DNA of 64,000 nt from Eledone cirrhosa (lineage: Eukaryota), in NCBI GenBank assembly GCA_964016885.1, contig OZ024743.1, forward strand, positions 302,498,001 to 302,562,000, read 5' to 3'. The notes under the pieces are model-generated. The model worked only from the letters and a program-made list of their open reading frames with translations, was not told where the DNA came from and made no database searches. A program made the translations under genes and the position numbers. This document shows, one piece after another, positions 48,690-62,169 of the stretch (the first letter of the stretch is position 1; every line of letters starts with the position of its first letter).

Positions 48690-49735
48690 TATTGTTATAC
48701 TTTGGGAGGGTCTAGTTGCCAATAAGAAACACACGCACCAGTGCTTTCACTTCACTTTATTATAATAAATTCATAAATTCAGGAATTTATAAATTTCCGG
48801 TTGGTTGGTTGGTTCCACAACCAGATGGTTGTTTATATATTGTCAAAGTTCTGTCGTCACACATTATGTGACCTCTTCAGTGACTGGGGATTATTTTCTT
48901 TGTTTTTGTGCCTCTCCTTTTTTCTGTCCTACGCCATTTTGTTTCTGTGTGTGTGTTGTGTGCTCAGTCTGCGCATGCGCCACATCCGGATGTCTGTGTG
49001 TGTTTATATTCGTTTATTTATTTGTTTATTTACATGTTACATGTTGGTTGTTTGTTCTATGTGCGTGTTGTATTTTCATTTTGTCCCTAGTTGAAAGTTG
49101 TAATGTTGCTGTTCCACTCATATTTTCTATTTAATTTTTGTTGTAATTCTTTTATGTTTATTGCCTCTGTGATTTGTCTAAACATTGCGTCTTTTCTGTG
49201 TGTAGATTCTATTTTTATTTCTATGGTCTCTAATTTACCCTTATGTTCTATTTTAGCATGTTGGTAGAGTACAGATGATTATTTACTATCTTGAAGGTCT
49301 CGCCAGTGTTCATTTATCCGTTCCCCTACACTACGAGCTGTCTCACCTATGTACACTATATTTTTGTCTCTACATTGTCCTTCAGTACATCTTATGCTAT
49401 ATACTACATTTCTAGTTTTAAAGTTAATATGGGGGCTTAATTTGCAGGTTATAGATTTCTTATCTATCCAGGAGGGTCTTTGAAAAGGGTATGTCTTGCT
49501 AATAAGTGTTTTTTACGGAGGTACCTGGTCTTTATACTATTTTAATATTGAGTTTATGTTTGTCTAGGGTCCTTCTAAATTTGTAAGCTAATTTACCTCT
49601 AGGGGCTGTATCGATGAACATTACACTCTGATATTTATTGCTATCATACCATGAGTTAATTCTATTAACCTCATTCCTAGTTCTTTCTATTCTATTCCAA
49701 AATTTGCTCCTGTTCTTCTTTTTGGTAAATATCAT
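48690..49735 (-). mobile_element. Family C PLE fragment (end of RT thumb, GIY-YIG, 3' UTR with HHR 48842-48884)
   Basis: SWYDSNKYQSVMFIDTAPRGKLA is homologous to the ORF at 7604-8533, and the VVYSIRC/YIGETARS coding sequence is conserved at about 49330-49420. Confidence 0.92.
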
Positions 49736-50039
49736 CTTGGTTAAGAAGGTGGGACTGGCCTTGTGCAGTGCCTTTGCTCACTATAAAAGCTTCATGACAC
49801 AGGGATTGCTTTATATCTGGAGATCTCTCTGCACTTGTCCTCACATGGTACCATGGGACCAGCACCGTGTCTCAATGATTGTCACAAGTGTAGTGTTGAT
49901 GTACCAGAGTTTTCAAGTCGCTGGCTGGACTAAAGAGTCACACTCGTTCAGCGCGTCGGTAGGGGTTCTCCTACATTAATATAAAGTAGTGGCCGTATTC
50001 GAAAACGAGTTGGCAGCCACCACTATATAAGTATGTGTA

Positions 50040-50103
<64 letters not shown>

Positions 50104-50700
50104 GGTGTGTTAGTGTGTATGTGAATATGTCTGTTGACACCTGGAATATAGCTTAACAGAAAGATGACAATAATGATATGAGAGGCAGCCACTATTTTGA
50201 ACTGGTTTCTAGAATTCTCTTGGCCTTTATCACTCTAAGTAGAGCTTTAAATAATTAGCTTTTAAAGAATTTCCCTCTTCTTTAAATCCATCAACCATGA
50301 CCGAGCCCCAATCATCTTATAGACACCTGAAATATAGGCATTGTGAGCTGAAGAGAAACTTAAAAATAAGAAGTGGCACCCCAATCTGAACTTGTTTTAT
50401 ATAATTCTTTCTGCCTTTGTCACACTAAATATAAATTATAGACTTAAAGAATTAGCTTTTATGAATTCCCTTTTCTTTCAACCAATTGACCTCCACACAT
50501 CCGACGGTCTACCCTCTCCTACCACCTGAAAAGATATAAATACCACAACATTTATTTAGGAAAACCAGATTCCTTATGATTTCTAAAGAAAGAATCAGTT
50601 CTAGTTCTGTAGAATCCCATCTATATTAAAACTTTTACACTGCTATGTATTGAGTACCTTACTTACTGTGGTTTCCTCCGATTCAACCCGAAATTACTTA

Positions 50701-50875
<175 letters not shown>

Positions 50876-50944
50876 ATTTATATATATATTTATATATATA
50901 TATTTATATATATATATTTATATATTTATATATATATATTTATA

Positions 50945-51002
<58 letters not shown>

Positions 51003-51154
51003 ATGTGTGTGTTTGTGTCTTTTGTGTGTGTGTGTGTGTGCGTGTATACATATATATGTAAATGTATATAAAGGGATCTGTGACAAACAGACTGAAATAC
51101 TCACACACACACACACATAGACCACCCACACACATATGTACACTATTGTATATA

Positions 51155-51189
<35 letters not shown>

Positions 51190-51190
<1 letters not shown>

Positions 51191-51410
51191 AATGGAATAG
51201 AATAAAACGAAATTTCATTTCTCACTCTTAGTACGTCACTTACTTAAATGTAAGTATGTATGTATACGTACATACATATATGTATACAGACGTACCGTAG
51301 CATGTATATACATATACATACAGACACACATATATATATGCACGTATCAGTTTACCGAACATTTATTATAATGCTCGGTTTGTTCGTTTGTAAACAAACA
51401 AACAGCCTGA
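51190..51410. mobile_element. Truncated family A copy
   Basis: (TA)n|AAATGGAATAGAAT...AACAGCCTGAATT. Confidence 0.88.
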
Positions 51411-51788
51411 ATTAATATATTTGATAAACACAAATACCAACATATCCGTTTTTGTAAACGACTAAAGTTAGCTAGATTGTAAAATACTAATTATAATAAT
51501 ACACTTTGCCTGTCTCGATTTAAAATAATAAATCAATAAAAACAAAGCATATTGGCAAATGGCCGTGGTGCTTGGACAAATTTAAATTTCAAAATCAAAC
51601 CTGTTCCGTAGACAGGTTTAAACCTTAAAATCCAAATATGTTTCGAAAAATGAAAAAAAAGTGGAAGAATACCGCATTTCTATCTCCCCAGCAAGCACCA
51701 GAAAAATTGATATGTTCCACTTCAAAATATTTAACAAAATACAAACACGGATATGTTGGTATTTGTGTTTATCAAATATATTAATTCA
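51408..51788. mobile_element. MITE-like element with 42-bp perfect terminal inverted repeats
   Basis: TGAATTAATATATTTGATAAACACAAATACCAACATATCCGT at 51408 and its reverse complement ending at 51788. No clear target-site duplication. Confidence 0.65.
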
Positions 51789-51876
51789 TATTAACTTGTA
51801 TTACACGGCTCGGAAATATTTCTTTGAGCTATTTCATTGTAAAGGACTGCCTGAGGTTTGAACTCATTATTAATAG

Positions 51877-51927
<51 letters not shown>

Positions 51928-52261
51928 CACAAAATAAAAGGAAAATCATTACCCATTGCATAAGCTACTTATATTCTGGCCCTCTTTAAATTATTTGTTT
52001 GAAACGGCCTTTTAAAAAAAGTTACTTAATTTCCTCTGTGTGTATACATTTACTTATCTATACACACACTATGTCTCCTTTCAAAATAAGAGGGGAAAAT
52101 TATCATTGCAGAAGTTACTGCTACTGATACTCAGGCTTTTGTTAAGGAAGTCCCTTTGAGATGAAAAATATTTTTTTATTTTTTGTGGAAACATTTTTAA
52201 AAGGATTTCTTTTATATATATATATATTTTTTTTATTTCTTTAATTTATCAATTTTTTGGA

Positions 52262-52540
52262 TTCTGAGAATTCTTTTGATTTTAGTTTTTAATTTTTGAC
52301 AATTTTCTGAATTTTGAAGAGAAACATTTTTTTCTTTTAATTCCTCTCTACAAATGTTTCTGTGACAGACAGGCTGAAAAAGACACACAACACCCTCACA
52401 CATACACACACATGTGTTTATTGCTAAAGGGACTATGACAGATAAACTGAAAAAAACACATACTCACATGTGTGTCCTGTTGTATATATACAGCTTCACA
52501 CTATGTCTATATATATGTGTGTGTCTGTGTGTATATGTGT
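52262..52540. repeat. Second copy of the unclassified repeat at 47626
   Basis: Direct sequence match. Confidence 0.85.
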
Positions 52541-52932
52541 ACACATACAATCCTACTACTACTCAGAATTCAGCTCTAACTTACGATCCCCTATTCCCCT
52601 TTGAAATGTTGACCATTCGATTAACAATACACTCACAGGATATTTTTCAAGACAAATTCTTCCCTTGCAGAAAAACAAGTAATGTTCTCATTCCATCCAA
52701 CCTTTCAGCAAGCAGGATGGAAGAAAATTCATTCAAACTAATCTTAATTTTAAAACTTACGTTTTTACCACTCAATATTTGACAAGATGGATTTTAATAA
52801 CACATCGAAACCGTTAAATTCTTCATATACTTTATATACAACATAAACATGTTTTTAAAAATAATTGTCCCTCTCATTTTTTAATAACATTATCTTTTCA
52901 ATATTATCACTTTGACGATCAAAAAGGAAATA

Positions 52933-52990
<58 letters not shown>

Positions 52991-52992
52991 TG

Positions 52993-53067
<75 letters not shown>

Positions 53068-54969
53068 CTACCAACGTGAGAGCCAGTAGGATGCTCTTGA
53101 GTACAACCATTTCATGTTAATACTATGAGTTATGTGTTATACTAATGTAAGTTATACTAATGTATGGCGTCTTCTTAAACGATTATGTTTGTGAGACCTC
53201 TATGTATATAGAAATACTTCAAAAGCCATTTAATTCAACGCTAACTATAGATACGAAAATTCATAAAAACGTAGTGATATTCCTGAAGGTTTGGGGTCAT
53301 ATAAATTGATAAATAATTTATATACATATGAATATGCTCGAGATGAAAATTGTTTCTTTAGCTTCGGCTGTATATAAACGCCATCGCCACGATTACTTTC
53401 TTTGCTCTGGCTTCTTCTTAATGAATCATTTGTGGCAGAGTACTATTTATAGAAAGCTTCCTGGAAAGTGAAATGTTTTACACAGGTGTAAAAAGCGAAA
53501 GTTCCCAGAATCTTGTATGTGTCACGAAAATATATTTATAAGCAGATGTACAATATATTCAAAAGTCCTAATATCTAGAATAGTTTGAATATTTCTAAAA
53601 CACTTATATGTATTGCAATGTTTCTATTGACATATAAATTAATTGAGAAAACAAAAACACACACACACAACCCCCCCCCCCCCCACACACACACATATAG
53701 AGAGAGATATGTATATATTATAAAAATAAAGGAACAAAGAATCAGTTTCTGCATCATAACATATTTGATAATATTTGATAACAAGAACGATCTATTATTG
53801 ATCGAATCTGACTTTCGAATCGAAAGATCCTCAGATATGCCTCAGTATTTAAGCTCGACTCTGATTTCCTGCGAATATCGAAATATAATTTATGAGAACC
53901 GATCAATAATTAATAAATTTAACAATCTTACATGGGGAGTTTCTTTCCAAGAACATTATATATATATATATATAACAGAGAGCGTGTGTTAAGATAGCAG
54001 TTGGGCCATAACGCACCAGACTCGATACCTGTGGTAGTAGAGTCGGTAACATGTAAATATTCAGGACCCCGATGGTTGAGGTCCGGCCGTTTCGACAACT
54101 ACATCCGAGTTCGGTAGAATAGTACATGTTTAAATTCTACATAGGCAGCAGCATTATGCACCAATGTTTGGAATTGTCTTGGTACGTCCTCGATTGACCT
54201 CTTCAGGAAATCATATTTTATGGGTTATTGTATTACGAATACCTTCTTCCGAATAAATTAGAGATTTTAGTTTAGTGCTATAAAATTATTCGTCACCCAC
54301 CCTTACAGGAAGCAATTCCATGGACTTAATTCAGAGTTTCTTGTTGAGCATATATGTGAAACACAACAACCAATTGAACGTCCTCAAAACTCTATACGAA
54401 GCCACTTACAGACAGTGCGTGCAAAATGAAAAGGTTCCCATCTTGCATGTATATGAGGTCATTTATTTTGTCGCATGTGGTCACAGTAAAACAAACAGAG
54501 TGCATTTTCTTTAGAGATGTTCTTAATAGGCAATCTATATATGACAAGTGTACGACCAGACGCAAAATTAAAATAAAAACCCCCAAAAAACCTAATAATA
54601 CTGGATAAACACAACCAAAGTTTGGGTATGCCCTATCTGCAATATGGAAACTAAGGTAGCGCCATTTAGTTCTGTGTATGAACATAACTGTATACTGTAT
54701 CAGCTCCCTTACACTCGATTGAGTACCACAAAACCTCTACAAACACAAAAATACATGCAGATACAAACATACACATAACATAAAGGCACACAAAATACTA
54801 CGCATTTACGCACATATATATTAACATATGCGCAAATCGATACTTACATATACGCAACAAAATTATTTATCAAAACATGTATCTACGATTACACACACAC
54901 ACACACACACTAACATATATATAAGTTCATATATATATATATATGTATATATACATACATATATATGTA

Positions 54970-55006
<37 letters not shown>

Positions 55007-55010
<4 letters not shown>

Positions 55011-55687
55011 GAACACTGGCGAGACCTTCAAGATAGTAAAGAATCATCTGTACTCTACCAACATGCTAAAATAGAACATAAGGGTAAATTAGAGAACATA
55101 GAAATAAAAATAGAATCTACACACAGAAAAGACGCAATGTTTAGACAAATCACAGAGGCAATAAACATAAAAGAATTACAACAAAAATTAAATAGAAAAC
55201 ATGAGTGGAACAGCAACATCAAAACTTACAATTCAGGACAAAATGAAAACACACACGCACATAGAACAGACAAACAACCAGTAACATGTAAATAAACAAA
55301 TAAATAAACGAATATAAACACACACAGACACCCGGATGTAACACATGCGCAAACTAAGCACACAACACACACACATAAAAAAGATGGCGTAGGACAGAAG
55401 AAAGGAGAGGCACAAAAACAAAGAAAATAATCCCCATTCACTGAAGAGGTCACATAATGTGTGACAAAAGAACTTTGACAATATATAAACAACCATCTGG
55501 TTGTGGAACCAACCAACCAACCGGAAATTTATAAATTCCTAAATTTATAAATGTATTATGATAAATTGAAGTGAAAGATACTGGTGCGTGTGTTTCTTAT
55601 TGGCAACATGATCCTCCCAAAGTACAACAATATCGGTTCCAACACACGTTTTCAGATAAAGAATCTTGCTAAACACATTCAGAAACG

Positions 55688-55690
<3 letters not shown>
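55007..55690 (+). mobile_element. Family C PLE 3' fragment (GIY-YIG C-terminus, UTR, decayed HHR 55437-55479)
   Basis: NEHWRDLQDSKESSVLYQHA...RQITEAINI...LNRKHEWN. It is a reverse-complement match to 48690-49315. Confidence 0.92.
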
Positions 55691-55733
<43 letters not shown>

Positions 55734-55784
55734 ACTAGAAATTGATTAACATATAAATATATATATGATATGTATTTATGTATA

Positions 55785-56072
55785 ATGTAAGTATGCATGT
55801 ATGTATACGTACATACATATATGTATAGAGACGTACAGTAGTATGTATATATATACATACATGCACATAGTTATATATGAACGTATCGGTTTACCGAACA
55901 TTTATAGCCGATACGTGCATATATATATGTGTGCATGCATGTATATATATACATACTACTGTACGTCTGTATACATATATGTATCTACGTATACATACAT
56001 GCATACTTACATTTAAGTAACTGCCGTACTAAGAGTGAGAAATGAAATTTCGTTTCATTCTATACCATTTAT
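55785..56072. mobile_element. Family A fragment as a fold-back (turn at about 55905)
   Basis: The forward arm runs to TTACCGAACATTTAT, then the inverted arm ends at TTCATTCTATACCATTTAT. Confidence 0.85.
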
Positions 56073-56073
56073 G

Positions 56074-56117
<44 letters not shown>

Positions 56118-58815
56118 TATTTATTTATTTATTTATTTATTTATGTACATGAAATCGAAGTTTTTAAAATTTCTGATTACATTTAATTTCATTTTATTGC
56201 TTAGCTGCAAGCATAGATCTATTGGAATACATATTTGAAATGCAGCTGCAACATATCAGTTTCGTTGTATTTGCCGTATTGTAGAATATATATTTAGCTT
56301 CATATATTCCTGAGATTGATAGAAAAATAATTCAGACGAAGATGTGTGTAGCAAAAACGAAAATAAAATGAAAAGCTACGACAATTGTCGTTCATGTTTA
56401 TCTTACTATACATTTTTGGTTTGAAAAGGATATTGGAAAATAAGTATTGATGTACTAAACGACGTACATCAAAATATTTTCAATGAATTTAAATTAGCCA
56501 TTTTCCAGAATCGCTTACATTTGACGTTTTATATCTGTTTGTATTTTACAGTTAAGGGTTTAATTTCAATTAAATGAGAATGTTTCCGCACATCATTCAA
56601 AACGTACCTGGATTTTCTAAATGGATACAATTTGTCTACTTGTGATATTGCTTTACACATATTGTTTCGTAATTATGCAAAATATACTGGGGAATGCACT
56701 TTTTAACTCTTCTACAACTTGCCAAAATATAAAGAAGATTGAAATGTCTGCGGTTGCTAGTGAATGTTTATGAATCCGAATCATGTCCGTAGTTGTCAAT
56801 TAGTTTGCCAACAATGATCGGGCCATTCCTCTATGCTTGGAAATAAAATTTTCTGTGAAATAAATATCCAATTCCTGTGAATTATATTCTCTCTTTCCAA
56901 AGACTTTAACAAATACATCTAGATTATTACGTTTGTTATCAAATAAAACGTGTGCTAATCCTATGTATAAATTTAACCCATTGACAATCATTATGAACCT
57001 GAGTTACCACAATTTCTGCCACTGTCAGAGTTTAATTAGTTTCCTTAGCAATATCGATTTAACTATGCGAATTGTATTAGAATGATTCATGGAATTATTT
57101 TTCTGCCTTTAAAACTTACACACACTAGTATAAGTAGCCTTTGGAAAAGGAAAACTTAACTTCATTGATGAGTTCTAATAAAAATGAAAGATATACATAT
57201 CATCTTTTTACTTCAGCCTACATTTGTGAAATTAATTAAATATTTGTTGTAATTATTCCCATTCGTATGAGCATCGACAACAATAGCAACTAAATGTTTT
57301 CCTCTCTCCAAATAAGCTGTTAGATCCAACTCCTGGACATATGATTATGATTTAGTTTTAAGGCTCATCAAGTGATATTTGTAAATATATTTTTGATAGT
57401 AGTATATATATATATTTGTTTGGTAACTCAATCATGTCAAAATGTTGTATAATTTAAAAATATCCATTGTCTCTGATTACAAGCTTTAGTGTTTCATCAC
57501 AACTCAACTGGATTAACAGTTGGATGACCAATGTCTTTCTAGGCTGTTTTAATGTTTTAAGCACAGTAGAAAATACAAGGTATCATTTTCTTAAGAGCAT
57601 TTCCTATGAGACAACCTCTATTTCGCTGCAATTTCCTGTTCGTATTTCAGTATTGAAGTAAGATGTAGTTGTTCCAAAGATCATAGCAGTATGTGGATAT
57701 CATGGAAACATCTTCATTCTGGATGTTCTTTATCATTATATACAGAACGCCTTTCTTCAGTATTATATCGATTATTAGATATAACGTTTATTATGAAATA
57801 CGATCAGTCAGACAGTGATTGTGAACATCGCATAACAAACATTATTTATAAGGTTGGTTTGGCAGTGTTTCGCTGCTGTTTTAATATACCAAAATATATA
57901 TAAATGTTGAAATGATGTAGTAAAGATTTTCCACTGAAGTAAAATCCTTTTCAGAAAACGTTTAGTTATATGTTATTATTTTCATTATTGCCATTTTTCA
58001 GTATCGGTATTTTTCTACGCGTCTGTCCTCAATAAATACCTTTAACGGGGCCTTCCAGAAATGCTTTAAAATGGTTTATTTCAAACTACACTAATTTGAG
58101 GGTCAGTTATGTGTTTTGTACATGTGTATTGTTGCTCTTTCTGACAGTACAACTGGTCTGCTTCTAGCTAAATTGAATAATCAATGTATCTTTAAGGCAA
58201 GACGTAGATGTTGAATGTATTCTACAATGCTATTGAAGGTATGTTCACATAATGGACGAAGGCACGGAAACATATATTTAGGTAGTTGTACCATATTTAT
58301 AAGTAAGCTATTATGAAATAAGGTTAATGAAATAGTGAGGTTACCATAGACATGTCACTTGTAGTTAAGTGCCTTCAATTTAGATTGAACTTGTGTTAAA
58401 AATGTGTGTATATTTTATTTTACGCGGATGCGGATGGAAAGTGAAAGCACATGTAGCATATGTATATATTAGCCTGGATATTATCTTATACTGGTTTCAA
58501 TTAGGGTATTTGTCTTCTACATCGATCATTTAATGCACTTTCTTTTAATACACTTAAAGCAAGTTTGGGTAACAATATTTATTGAGTGTAAGACGCTTAT
58601 TCTAATACTTGCATTCTTTTGTGTCTCTCAGTTTTCTTTTCTGTTGATATATTTTTTCCACACAGTGAGAGTGATTGTTCAGATAACGTCGGAAATACGT
58701 TCGAGGGAAACATTTGTAATATTGGATTACAGAATTTTAAGGTATATTTCTTATGTATTTTGTCGTTATATATTTATTTTATTCATAATGTTAATGCATA
58801 TATGTATATATATAT

Positions 58816-58849
<34 letters not shown>

Positions 58850-58850
<1 letters not shown>

Positions 58851-59050
58851 ACGAAGGAAATGTGGTAAGGAACCAGATGGACCATAACGCACCAAAGTAC
58901 TTAATACGTAGGGTAGTAGAGTGGGTAATAGGAACGAGTAGGACCCCGATGGCTGAGCTCAAGCCGTTTCGACGGCTAATTCTGGACTACATTTAGTCCA
59001 GAATTAGCCGTCGAAACGGCTTGAGCTCAGCCGTCGGGGTCCTACTCGTT

Positions 59051-59053
<3 letters not shown>
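58850..59053. mobile_element. Family E element with a near-perfect fold-back (arms about 60 bp)
   Basis: 58928-58989 pairs with 58994-59055 around the loop CATT. The plus arm reads GAAA-CGGCTTGAGCTCAGCCG-TC-GGGG (HHR 3' half). Confidence 0.9.
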
Positions 59054-59108
<55 letters not shown>

Positions 59109-59178
59109 CATATATATGATAATAGCCTCCAGCTAACAATGTATCTATGTTCGTACTTACAAGAATCTTCGTTAATAT

Positions 59179-59758
59179 TTAAAATATCTTTTCCTTCAAG
59201 TATGTATACGTACATGCATATATATGTACATACGTACAGTAGTATGTATATATCTATACATACATGCACACATATATATATGTACGTATGGGTTTACAGG
59301 AACATTTATTATAATATTCGGTTTGTTTGTAAACAAACAGTCCGAATTACGCCGAAGAGTGCTCGGCAACCATCGTCGCCCTTTTATTCAACACTGACAC
59401 AGGAACGATGTACTAGTTTCAAGCTTATTAGCTATCGTCAGCATCGTATACCTTTCTGTCAGATGATTGAACGTTTGAAAGTATATACTTTCCTCATGCA
59501 TTTTAACGGCTGAGCAGCCTAATTTGCATATCGAGTGAGTTAGTCAGCCGGGCGTACCGAAAAACGATAAATGGAAAAGGATGAAACGAAATTTCATTTC
59601 TCACTCTTAGTACGGCTGATACCTAAATATATGTATGTATACGTACATACATATATGTATACAGACGTACAGTAGTATGTATAAATATAAACACATGCAC
59701 ACACACACATATATATATATATATATACGTATGGGTTTACCGAACATATATTATAATG
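59179..59758. mobile_element. Family A copy (over one unit), intact HHR on minus strand at 59406-59446
   Basis: CGATG-CTGACGA-TAGCTAATAAGCTT-GAAA-CTAG-TA-CATCG, with a fully Watson-Crick stem I. Confidence 0.9.
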
Positions 59759-60267
59759 CACATTACGTTTTTTCTCTCCTTTTGATCTTCAAACCTTTAT
59801 ACATCTTTCGACTAAAATCATTAATCTCACACAAAGTAATATATAATTTTCTCTATATATTTTCTGAGTAAATCATTCATCAAATTTAACGGTTATAAAC
59901 ACGATTGGAATTATCTTTTCCTTTTCAATTGTGCAAATATAAACGTAATATTTTAATAATATGTACGATAAACTATATAACTTCGCTAAATTAACGATAT
60001 TCTGAAAATATTTTCAATGTTGGAACAAAATATTCTAATCTACAAATTGTTCTCCTCTTACAACTTGAATCAACTATTTTGTTTATGTAAAATGCAAAGT
60101 CAATATCCTTCGTAACTGATTATAGAAATATAAACAACTAATAATTGAAAATTATTTCTATTTCTATACTACTTAATCATGCACAATTATTAATCTATAT
60201 AGATATTTATACAACTATAACCTATTGTAATATATTTTCTACATTCTACAAGCCCAGCAAATACCCA

Positions 60268-60416
60268 ATGCATCACTGGTACATTATTTTATCGATCCCG
60301 TAAGGATGAAAGGCAAAATTTAACCTCGTCGGGATTTGAACTCAGATCATAAAGGGACGTAACTATGCTGAAAAGCATGGCGTCCGACTCTCTACCGACA
60401 CTGCCAATTCACCGCC
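60268..60416 (-). mobile_element. Nin-like SINE copy
   Basis: Reverse complement of 12256-12405. Confidence 0.85.
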
Positions 60417-60786
60417 AATATAACTTATTGGAATATAATAAGATAAAATATACTTACAGACTTACGAAATAATAAGATAAAATATACTTACAAACATAAT
60501 TCTTCATATGATCTAATTGATTATATATACAATATTATAACTCATAATATAGCTAAATAAATTTAAATTCTGGAATCATATTCCACCATTCCCCCAAATT
60601 GTTAATTCCTTTTAAATTAACGTAAATACAAGCTCTTCTTCCTATGACATATATCCTAATTATTTAAATTCTGCATGTCGTATAAAATAACATTTTTTTT
60701 TCAGCCCTATACCTCAACCACATTTGCATACTCATCTTAATAATTTGACACACACACACACACACACATACACACACACACACACA

Positions 60787-60860
<74 letters not shown>

Positions 60861-60922
60861 CACACCCACACACACACACACACACACACATACACCCACA
60901 CCGACACACACACAACCACAAC

Positions 60923-60961
<39 letters not shown>

Positions 60962-61405
60962 AAGGATTCAGCGATAATGGCATTTCGGCGGGCAGGAAAA
61001 GCGAAGCGAAACGCAAAAAATCAGAAATGATACTGGCAAAGTGCTGAATAGTTAAAAACCAGAGCCAAACAATGTGTTAAGAAGCCATACAAAACAGAAA
61101 AGGTGGTTAAGAAGGCATTAACCACCCAAGCCAAAAACCAAATCAAGCTAAACAGGTCAAAACAAAATAAATGATAGAAAATAAATGATTAGCAGACCTG
61201 GACTCCCGGAAATGCTTTTAAAATCCGATGTAGAGTTTCCGTGACACCTAAATCAAAATACAGTCTGCTTAAAAATATAACCTTTGGGTATAATGATCAA
61301 ACAAGGAATATCACGTTATCAACTGGTATTTCTCTCCTCTGTACCAAATAAGTGAATGATATATATATATATATACGTAAATATATATATATATATATAC
61401 ACACA

Positions 61406-61450
<45 letters not shown>

Positions 61451-62031
61451 ATACATATCTTTACTTTCTTTATTTCAATAGAAAATCTGAATTCTGACAC
61501 CCCAGCGAACTAAGCATATTTACTGAACCAGAACAATTCTCCCATCCCATTTCTCTTGACCATTATCTTTTGCTTGTCATAAAATTCTCTAAAAAGGCTA
61601 CAGAATACATTTCCAAATACGGGCCCGAAATTTAAGGAAAACTTGTTCACGTGACAGCCATAATTTCATTTATAACCAATCAAATTACGTTTATTAAAAA
61701 AAAGCCTTCGTGAGCTCCCTTTTTTAAGTAAAAAGAAATTCAAACACTCACATATGAAAAAAAAACAACCTGAGCCCACACCCACTTGTTTGAAGAACTT
61801 TGTAACGCGAACTGGCGCGAAATTTATTATAATTATTGACCAACCAATCAAATTACTTCTCTAAAAACCTGCGTTTCGAGCCACTTTTTTCCATATAAAA
61901 CAAGTAACATTGAAAGACCAACCAGATGTGAGAAAACCCGCAGATCCTCCATCTCCACTCTACTTTTGAAAAGCAGAAGAACTGTGAAACCGGTAAAGCA
62001 ACCAAATAAATATATATATATTTTTTTAAAT

Positions 62032-62103
62032 AAGACAACAGTTGCATTATATTTCACTCGAGTGAAAAAGACAACAGTTGCATTATATTTCACTCGAGTG
62101 AAA
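62032..62103. repeat. Tandem duplication of 36 bp
   Basis: AAGACAACAGTTGCATTATATTTCACTCGAGTGAAA twice. Confidence 0.9.
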
Positions 62104-62169
62104 GTATAAATAAAAAAAGATGAAATCGAAAATGCAACTCGAAATAAAAAAAAGTTGTTCTGCAAGATA

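Noticed and set aside
53805-53840. CTGAGGA plus hairpin on the minus strand
   Set aside because: The only GAAA is inside the hairpin; no valid hammerhead topology.
56700-57900. Possible decayed transposase or RT coding sequence
   Set aside because: Short ORFs with no diagnostic motif that could be recognised without a database search.
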